A DNA stretch of 64,000 nucleotides from a virus (taxonomy: Duplodnaviria > Caudoviricetes), in the IMG/VR virus record IMGVR_UViG_3300011767_000002, positions 15,941 through 79,940 of that record. The stretch is one strand, 5' to 3'. Shown here piece by piece: positions 57,016 to 64,000 of the stretch. Positions within the stretch are counted from its first letter, which is position 1. Every line of letters begins with the position of its first letter. The notes under the pieces are model-generated. The model was not told where the DNA came from, did not search any database, and saw only the letters and a program-made list of their open reading frames with translations. The translations under genes were made by a program, and so were the position numbers.

Positions 57016-59583
57016 ATGACCTCCGATGATTTTTTGATTAACCATGCGTACCAGCGGGTGTGGTGCGCACCTGAGCAGGACCGGCAACACATTTTAAAGC
57101 CTGCGCGCATCAGCCCTAAAGTCGGGGCTCGTGGAAGCATCACCGTGCTGTGGAGTACCTTTAACCTGCCTGTCGAAGGTACTCGTTACCATGTGTTTCA
57201 GTTCGGTAATATTGCCCAGAGTAACCTAGGACTGACCTTAAAGCGGGGTGTTTGGACCAGCGCAAGCAGTCAGATGGTTGACAACAGCATGCTCATCGAC
57301 ATCCACACCGAACACGGTTTGATGGTTCCCCGGCAGTTGGCGTATTTCCTCCGCACCTCGGACGATAACCTGGTTATCGCCGTTGAGGACGTCCCGCGGA
57401 TTGCCGATTTCGGTGGGACGGCAGTGTACGTACGGTTTTACAGCAACGCGTTCTTTGACCGGATTGAACAACACGACGCCCATGAGGGCATCGAGTACCA
57501 CTATAGCATTCCGGCCAATACCTCGCAGATCAATGCCCTGACGTTTCTTCTGCGCAGCATGCAAGGCCGCAGCGGAAAAGTCCTGACCTACGTCAACGGC
57601 TGGCGGGTAAATGACCTGACCACCGCCACCGTGGTGCGGGGTGACCGGGTCGAGCTGGTGCGCGACAGCTCCATTGAACAGGTGGTGGAATTTGACTTGG
57701 CGACGTTGCCGGTCTTTTTGTCCGAACTGGACAACACCCAGAAATACCTGCTGCACCTACCAGGAGCCGACGACGGCTCGATCCGGTACCGGGATGACCA
57801 AGACATCTACTTGGTGCACAAAAAGACCCCGTTCATCCAAAAAGGGATCTACTTCCATAAGAACATGGAAGACGCCGTGCGCATGGTCACACATCGGGAC
57901 TACTCAATCCCGGTGGCGTACGTGGATCGGTACAAGTCCCAGCACCCGAATTGGGTTACAGACAACACACTGACGGTCCAGGTGCTGCTTCGTCGTTCAG
58001 GCATGGACAAGGCACTGATTAACGAGGCCCATCACATCAACGAGCTTTACAAGCTTGGTGAGGAGGATTGGCAGGCGGCGGTCATGGGGGTGGATGCCGT
58101 GGTCGACGTCTGGCGGATTGAGGAGCTGGAGAAATCCGCCTACACCGCGTTGATGCGGGCTCCAGCGGGTGGGATCACCCGTGAGATGGTTGAAGCCGCG
58201 TACGGGCACAATGCGATCACGCGCATCGTGGCCGACACCCCTCAGAAGGTACCCGGTGCCAAAGCGTGGATAGAACTGCCGTTCGGTCTGCGTGGTGAGA
58301 GCACAGTCTACGAATACGATGCACAGGGGGTTTTACTGGGCTGGTACCCTAACCAACACGTTCAGTGGTACGTGCCGCGCGCGGCGGCCTGCCGGTACAT
58401 AGAAGGGATCGTAGGACGAGGAAGTGACAAGGTATCAACCGTCTATGGGGCGAACCATAAGCCCGCCAGTGGTCTGACCTACCGGTGTTACGTCTGTCCG
58501 ATTCGGTCCTCAGTGCCCACTGGTGAATGGATGGACGTCACTGACAACGAAGACTACTACGACTTGGTCGACGGCACGGTGATGTGGAAGGTCAACCCGA
58601 TCAACCATTACACCGCCATCAAGATGGACGACACCTTCCTGACATATAACCTGGATCTGGATTACGCCGATGGCCTGTTGCGGTTCAGCTTGAACGTCAA
58701 AGAGCTTCGGATTGACGGACAGGTGTACACCGGTTTGGTTGAAATCCCGGCGGGGCTGCTGGAACTCTGGTTGAACGGGCATCCATTGATCGAGAATCTA
58801 GACTGGTTCATGGTGGATCAAGAGATCTGCGTGGTCAACAAGCAATACCGCAACCAACTAGGTACCGCAAACCGGATCACGGTCCGGGCCACGGGCTTCT
58901 GTAACCCCGACATGAGCCGGGTGAAAGAAAGCGAGTTTGGGTTTGTTGAAAACGGGCTACTCAGCCGCAATAACCGGTGGAACCTGCGCGACGATAAAGT
59001 GGTGCGCGTGGTGGCCGATGGTCGGTTGTTCGTGCGCGACGAATTGAGCTGGGATGAGGACAGTCCCGATGTGGTACTCCGTAACGTACGTAACGGAGCG
59101 CCGTATCAGGTGACTGAACCGTTGATCCCGTTGCGCGGCGTGACCTACCAAGATGCGCTTGACATGCGGGCAGTGGCTGAGCGGACCGATCGGCAGATCG
59201 AAGATTACATGACCGATCGGCTGGGGACGACCCCCGCGCCCGCGGTGAACCTGATCCCGTATCGCCATGCCCTGTACAGCCCGTTCACGGCCAAGATTCT
59301 TCATGATTTGCTAAACGGCTACATCCGTGAAGAGCCCTTGCGGGAGGTGTACACCAACGTCCAAGTGCGGCAGTGGTGTGAGCCCTACCTCTGGTTACTG
59401 GCATATGAACCGACTAAACGGGACTTCAATCAACGGTATGTCGTGATCGATGCGCACGAACGAGCCGAACCGTATGAACTCAGTATCTACCAGTACAACT
59501 TCTTGGCGCGGGTCATTCAGGTCATGCTAGACGATCGGATCGACATCACGCACACCGTCCGGATTCAGTACTTGCCCATTTAA
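57016..59583 (+). CDS. Virion/baseplate structural protein (phiKZ gp27-like)
   Basis: 855 aa, N-terminal RVWCAPEQDRQ; conserved position. Confidence 0.7.
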   Translation: MTSDDFLINHAYQRVWCAPEQDRQHILKPARISPKVGARGSITVLWSTFNLPVEGTRYHVFQFGNIAQSNLGLTLKRGVWTSASSQMVDNSMLIDIHTEHGLMVPRQLAYFLRTSDDNLVIAVEDVPRIADFGGTAVYVRFYSNAFFDRIEQHDAHEGIEYHYSIPANTSQINALTFLLRSMQGRSGKVLTYVNGWRVNDLTTATVVRGDRVELVRDSSIEQVVEFDLATLPVFLSELDNTQKYLLHLPGADDGSIRYRDDQDIYLVHKKTPFIQKGIYFHKNMEDAVRMVTHRDYSIPVAYVDRYKSQHPNWVTDNTLTVQVLLRRSGMDKALINEAHHINELYKLGEEDWQAAVMGVDAVVDVWRIEELEKSAYTALMRAPAGGITREMVEAAYGHNAITRIVADTPQKVPGAKAWIELPFGLRGESTVYEYDAQGVLLGWYPNQHVQWYVPRAAACRYIEGIVGRGSDKVSTVYGANHKPASGLTYRCYVCPIRSSVPTGEWMDVTDNEDYYDLVDGTVMWKVNPINHYTAIKMDDTFLTYNLDLDYADGLLRFSLNVKELRIDGQVYTGLVEIPAGLLELWLNGHPLIENLDWFMVDQEICVVNKQYRNQLGTANRITVRATGFCNPDMSRVKESEFGFVENGLLSRNNRWNLRDDKVVRVVADGRLFVRDELSWDEDSPDVVLRNVRNGAPYQVTEPLIPLRGVTYQDALDMRAVAERTDRQIEDYMTDRLGTTPAPAVNLIPYRHALYSPFTAKILHDLLNGYIREEPLREVYTNVQVRQWCEPYLWLLAYEPTKRDFNQRYVVIDAHERAEPYELSIYQYNFLARVIQVMLDDRIDITHTVRIQYLPI

Positions 59584-59626
59584 TTGAAACAGGAGCACGG
59601 GGAGGCAGCTCCCCGTGAGGAACAAC

Positions 59627-61306
59627 ATGACTACAGCAGTTTCTGATGTACCGGCAATTGGGCTGGTCGACCTGCAGCGTGAGTGGCGAATCTGGTCCAT
59701 GGACCAGATCTTCACCGGTAAAGCGGGGACGGGCTTACATTGCCCCAACGTTAACGACTTGATCCTGGACCTGACGTCCGGCTGGTATTTGGTGACCACC
59801 ATCGACATCACCACGGGACGGAGCACCTACATTCCATGGACACTGCCAGCGGTGTCGCAGAACAACGTGGTGGTGGACCGCTTGCTGGGAGTAGGTACCG
59901 GCGCGCAAAGCGAGACCTGGCGGGTATATATTGACACCCGTCAGATGCCGTACTCGATGCAAATTGATGGGCGGTTGCACATGTACCGTTCTGATGCCGA
60001 GCATTACAAAGTGTTCCTGGGCACCGACCTGACGGATAACGGCACTGTGGTCAGTGCCTACTACAATGCCTCGGGAGAGTTCCTCAGTGAAAACATCCCG
60101 TTGGAACATGTCGGTACTGACAACATCAACAACTTTGCCATCTGGGCACCGAAGGCAGGCAATACCAATCGCCGTCTCAACGACGGTGAAGTGGTTACCG
60201 TGGTGCTCTACAACGCCTCTGGCCACAAGCTAAGTCATTCGGTCATGCTGGTGCAAAACACCTCGCTGGTCAGGCGCACAGCAGCAGGCCGTAAGCAGAT
60301 TCGCTCCATCGGCATCAAGAGCCCGTATGTCTCTGACGCAGACCCGTCGCAACTGATTGTCCCAATCAATGTCGACCTGCGGACCATGACCCTGACTGGC
60401 GTAGTCCGGTACAACACCGGGGAAGAAATGGACATCCCTATCGGGTTGGACGGCAGTGGGAAGATGAGCCTGCACGGGCTGCGGTGGTATTCTCCAACCA
60501 TCCAGTCCCATCCACACAAACTGACTCTGAGTTACCGTTTGAGCGAAGACGAGTATTCGTTGGAACACGGGATTACCGAGAACGGGTACATCACTGAGGC
60601 ATTCACCGTCAAGGCGATTGCTGCAGACAACGCCTACAGTGTGCGACTGTACGCCTTCCCGAGTTGGAACGCGGCGGCCAGCCGATACGAACTGGACTTC
60701 TGGTTCTTTAATATCGACCGGAATGTCTACTACCGTGTGCCGCGCAGTGTGGTCGAGATCCCGGACAATGAAGTGGCCTTCGATGGCTCTGATTTCGTCT
60801 CGCGGCAGCGCTTGCGTTTCGGAGCACTGCTGTCGAACATCGATCCGATTTACAGCGCCCACCGATTCGTTCAAGCCACGGAGGTGTCGCTCAACAAGGC
60901 CGGCACTGAAGCCGGCGATAAGTGGCAGGTCAAGTGTGATCCGACCCAGAGCAGTTTCTTCGGCAGCGGGATTGTCGCCAAGAACCGCCTGGTCAACACC
61001 AACCTGTCCTATCTGGAATTGAAATCCGGTGCCTTGACGCTGGACGAGTGGCTGGACAAATTGTACTACCCCCTCAACCATCTGTTCGATGACACCAGTG
61101 AAGTACGTGCTCCTGAGCCGACTCATTTTGTCATCCATACCAAGACCCGTGAATACCTCTTTGCGGTGTCGCAATGGGGCCAGGAATTCCCGATCCTCAA
61201 TGACGTCAAGCCAGGTGAGACGGTCTACCTGCGATGGATCAAAGAGACACCCACGGCCCAACTGCAGCTGGGTGTCACAGGGATGGCGGTCGAACAGAGT
61301 AATTAA
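59627..61306 (+). CDS. Virion/baseplate structural protein (phiKZ gp26-like)
   Basis: 559 aa, immediately upstream of the terminase gene. Confidence 0.65.
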   Translation: MTTAVSDVPAIGLVDLQREWRIWSMDQIFTGKAGTGLHCPNVNDLILDLTSGWYLVTTIDITTGRSTYIPWTLPAVSQNNVVVDRLLGVGTGAQSETWRVYIDTRQMPYSMQIDGRLHMYRSDAEHYKVFLGTDLTDNGTVVSAYYNASGEFLSENIPLEHVGTDNINNFAIWAPKAGNTNRRLNDGEVVTVVLYNASGHKLSHSVMLVQNTSLVRRTAAGRKQIRSIGIKSPYVSDADPSQLIVPINVDLRTMTLTGVVRYNTGEEMDIPIGLDGSGKMSLHGLRWYSPTIQSHPHKLTLSYRLSEDEYSLEHGITENGYITEAFTVKAIAADNAYSVRLYAFPSWNAAASRYELDFWFFNIDRNVYYRVPRSVVEIPDNEVAFDGSDFVSRQRLRFGALLSNIDPIYSAHRFVQATEVSLNKAGTEAGDKWQVKCDPTQSSFFGSGIVAKNRLVNTNLSYLELKSGALTLDEWLDKLYYPLNHLFDDTSEVRAPEPTHFVIHTKTREYLFAVSQWGQEFPILNDVKPGETVYLRWIKETPTAQLQLGVTGMAVEQSN

Positions 61307-61398
61307 CACAGATACTTGGGTCTGCCGGGCACTTGTCCGGCAGGCCTAGGTATGGCCTCGTTGGGTCAGACCATCGACTCAATGTAAGGAAGTCGTCC

Positions 61399-63612
61399 AT
61401 GGAAACCATACTGTTTAAAGCTGACTGGAATCGTTTTCCAGGCAGCACCTGGGACACTGAAACCAAAAACACCTCGTTCTTGGAATTCAGTGCGTTGCTC
61501 AAACACATGGGAATTCAGAATCACCTGTTCCCGCTGGCGTTGATGCAACCAGACCTTCAGGGCGTTGACCCCTATGACCCCCTGCTGTCTGAAGAACTGA
61601 AACTCAAGATCAAGATCGAATGTACCTTTAACCCCTGGTACTTTATCCGTGAAGTCATGCGGGTCCCGCCTGCAGCCGGTGATACCCCGATGCTGCTGCA
61701 GGCTAACCGAGGTAACGTCTCGCTGTGGTGGAGCTTTTTGAACCACATCGACTATTTCCTAGTGCAGATCCGTCAGACCGGTAAATCGCTGAACTCCGAC
61801 GGGATCTCTGTCTGGTACCAGGTCTTCGGTGCGCGCAACTCGCGGTCCAACTTGTTCACCAAGGGCGACTTGTTTAAAGAACACATCGCCCGCTTGAAGA
61901 AGTTGCGGGGCTTACTGCCCAAATACCTGGTGAACATCACCAAGAAAGACACCGACAACCAGAAGGAGTTCACCAACTACTCCCAAGGTAATCGGATGGT
62001 GGTGTACATCCCGCAAAAGGACGAAGAAGCCGCCCGTAACCTCGGCCGGGGTCTGACCACCCCACACAGCCACACGGACGAAATCGCCTTCTTGAAGAAT
62101 GTGCACATCTCCCTTGGCGTCATGCTGGCAGGTGGTGGTGCGGCGCGTGAAGAAGCCGCCCGTAACGGGCTGCCGTACGGTAACATCTTCACCACCACCG
62201 CCGGCGAACTCGACACCCCCGAAGGGGCGTATGCGTACGACCTGATGACCGGCGGGGCGGAATGGAACGATGCGTTCTATGATTGCGCAGACCGTGATGA
62301 GCTGTACGAAGTGGTGCGTAAACAATGCCGCAACAAGGAAGCGATCCTGATCAACGGTACCTTCAACCACAAGCAGTTGGGTAAGACCGATGCCTGGTTG
62401 AAAACCAAGATCGCTGAATCGCGTCAGACCGGTGATGAAGTCCGGCGCGACTACCTGAATGAATGGACCTCAGGTAACGCCCGTAACCCGCTGAGCAAAG
62501 ACACCTTGCGTAAGATCCATGCCAGTGTGTCCAAACCTGAGTACCTGGAGATCGACAAGGCAGATCACTACTCGATCCGCTGGTACATCCCTAAGCACGA
62601 AGTGGAGGCCGGGATTCCCAACCGTGAGCTGACGATGGGTATGGACACCTCCAATGCCGTGGGACGAGACAACATCACCGGCGTCATTGTGGACAATAGC
62701 ACCCTCGAAGTCATCGGGGCGTGGACGGTCAACGACTCCAACCTGACCGTGTTTGCCATGTGGCTGGTCAAGATCATGGTGCGGTTCCGTAAGCTGACGC
62801 TGGTCCCTGAATCAAAATCCACCTGGATCGGGATCTTGGACACCATGTTGCTGACCTTGCCGACGCACGGCATCGATCCGGCGAAGCGAATCTATTCGGT
62901 GCTGGTCGATGCCAAGGACGAATCGGCTCAGGACCGTAAACGGTACCAAGAATACGTGGGTGATCGGGACAACTACCGGTCGTACCGTAAGTTCTTTGGG
63001 TTTCCGACCAACGCTGGGCTACGCGAGATCATCTACGGTCCCGTGCTGCAAGAAGCGGCTAAGAAGACGGGAAGCCTGATTCGTGACGCTAGGTTGCAGA
63101 GCGAAATGTCCCGACTGGTTGAACGTAATGGCAGGATCGACCACGATGCTTCGGGGCACGACGACCATGTCATCAGCTGGCTACTGTGTCACTGGTTCCT
63201 GACGTACGGCAAGAACCTTGAGCACTATGGCATCACCTTGAGTGAAGTCAAGCGACGGGTCTACGAGGCCGAGCACAAACTCAGTTGGGAGGAACAGCGT
63301 CGATTCGATCAACAACAACGGATTCGGGATGAAATCGGGCAATTGGCCGAGGCGTTGAACAATGAACGCAGCACCTACGAACGGATCAAAATGCAGCATC
63401 GGCTGGACTTGCTGCTGGCGCAGGTCAATGATGAGTTTGAGATGGAAGGGGTGGGGTCAATTGACCAAATCAAGGAAAGTAACCGGGAAAAGCGGGCCAT
63501 TGTCAGTCGGACCATGGGTCCTGGTCGTGAACTCAACATCGACCGCCCATTGAACCTGACTCATCCAAACCGTAAACCCTATAACCACCGCAGTAACGTG
63601 GTGGTGATGTAA
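61399..63612 (+). CDS. terL: Terminase large subunit (phiKZ gp25-like)
   Basis: Walker A QIRQTGKS, Walker B HSHTDE, coupling motif TTTAG, and nuclease MGMDTS and HDDHVISW. Confidence 0.93.
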   Translation: METILFKADWNRFPGSTWDTETKNTSFLEFSALLKHMGIQNHLFPLALMQPDLQGVDPYDPLLSEELKLKIKIECTFNPWYFIREVMRVPPAAGDTPMLLQANRGNVSLWWSFLNHIDYFLVQIRQTGKSLNSDGISVWYQVFGARNSRSNLFTKGDLFKEHIARLKKLRGLLPKYLVNITKKDTDNQKEFTNYSQGNRMVVYIPQKDEEAARNLGRGLTTPHSHTDEIAFLKNVHISLGVMLAGGGAAREEAARNGLPYGNIFTTTAGELDTPEGAYAYDLMTGGAEWNDAFYDCADRDELYEVVRKQCRNKEAILINGTFNHKQLGKTDAWLKTKIAESRQTGDEVRRDYLNEWTSGNARNPLSKDTLRKIHASVSKPEYLEIDKADHYSIRWYIPKHEVEAGIPNRELTMGMDTSNAVGRDNITGVIVDNSTLEVIGAWTVNDSNLTVFAMWLVKIMVRFRKLTLVPESKSTWIGILDTMLLTLPTHGIDPAKRIYSVLVDAKDESAQDRKRYQEYVGDRDNYRSYRKFFGFPTNAGLREIIYGPVLQEAAKKTGSLIRDARLQSEMSRLVERNGRIDHDASGHDDHVISWLLCHWFLTYGKNLEHYGITLSEVKRRVYEAEHKLSWEEQRRFDQQQRIRDEIGQLAEALNNERSTYERIKMQHRLDLLLAQVNDEFEMEGVGSIDQIKESNREKRAIVSRTMGPGRELNIDRPLNLTHPNRKPYNHRSNVVVM

Positions 63613-63625
63613 TCTGGCGAGGCAG

Positions 63626-63655
63626 CATAGAGAGGGGCGCAGGCCCCTCTCTATG
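63626..63655. terminator. CATA-hairpin-TATG element between convergent genes
   Basis: CATAGAGAGGGGCGCAGGCCCCTCTCTATG, a perfect inverted repeat with a GCAG loop. Confidence 0.65.
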
Positions 63656-63662
63656 TCGTCGG

Positions 63663-63989
63663 TTACATCACGCTGTTGTAGACCACCTTTCTTAGGTAAT
63701 CGGCCAACGCTCTGGCCCGGTAGAACGTTGCACACGCCAGTTTGAGGTTGGCGTCGTTGATCAGTTCGGGGTCCAGGTATTTGGTCTGGTGCAAGAAGGG
63801 CCGTAAGGCCAGTTTACGCTGGCGCCCTAACGCAGTGAGCTTGGTTTCAAGCTTCATGAACTCTGGTTCGAGGTTGTCAGCAAACGTATCAAACCGAGTA
63901 GCCCGGTCAATCAGTTGCTGGGCAAGATCCGGCCCTACCAGGAAGCGTTTGGTCTGTATTTCGGGTGCTGGGTTTACGGGCACCTTCAA
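63663..63989 (-). CDS. Hypothetical protein (may extend beyond the window)
   Basis: ORF converging on terL; the start is near the window edge. Confidence 0.5.
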   Translation of the reverse strand: MKVPVNPAPEIQTKRFLVGPDLAQQLIDRATRFDTFADNLEPEFMKLETKLTALGRQRKLALRPFLHQTKYLDPELINDANLKLACATFYRARALADYLRKVVYNSVM

Positions 63990-64000
63990 GACCGGATAGA

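Noticed and set aside
59598-59617. Hairpin CACGGGGAG/CTCCCCGTG just before the RBS of the gp26-like gene as a riboswitch
   Set aside because: It is too short and has no aptamer features. It is more simply a processing or weak terminator stem.
61399-63612. Intein or intron in terminase, SbcC, UvsX or gp180-like genes
   Set aside because: The frames are uninterrupted, lengths fit the family, and no C/S...HN intein termini or P/Q/R/S motifs were seen.
1-64000. tRNA, rRNA, chimallin, PhuZ, major capsid or nvRNAP genes; alternative genetic code
   Set aside because: No cloverleaf or rRNA-like segment was seen in the short intergenic gaps, and the other hallmark genes were not recognised here. TAA, TGA and TAG all terminate genes normally.

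Overview
This 64 kb window is the virion-assembly and virion RNA polymerase (vRNAP) region of a phiKZ-related jumbo myophage (Chimalliviridae-like, with SPN3US-type gene order). The host cannot be determined from the sequence. From left to right it contains: three tail-collar proteins and two repeat-rich tail fibres; the PAAR tip and central spike; SbcC; a spanin-like pair; RNase HI; UvsX; the vRNAP beta C-terminal subunit; a NADAR-like gene; the gp182-like and gp181-like tail/lytic transglycosylase genes; vRNAP beta'N; vRNAP betaN; vRNAP beta'C; the prohead protease and two protease-processed head proteins; a ~7 kb accessory island of small unknown genes; then tail tube, sheath, baseplate proteins and large terminase. 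The clearest non-obvious element is a 349-nt ORF-less group I intron (38681-39029) that interrupts the vRNAP betaN gene at the conserved DDPKRV/NF motif. Other points worth checking are a family of CATA-[GC hairpin]-TATG elements between convergent genes, a recurring TACAT-N8-TGAAT promoter-like motif heading the accessory units, three tiny membrane proteins, a tail-collar protein fused to a degenerate alpha/beta-hydrolase, and a perfect 38-bp repeat shared by the two fibre genes. Family assignments come from motif recognition and recalled gene order, not database searches.
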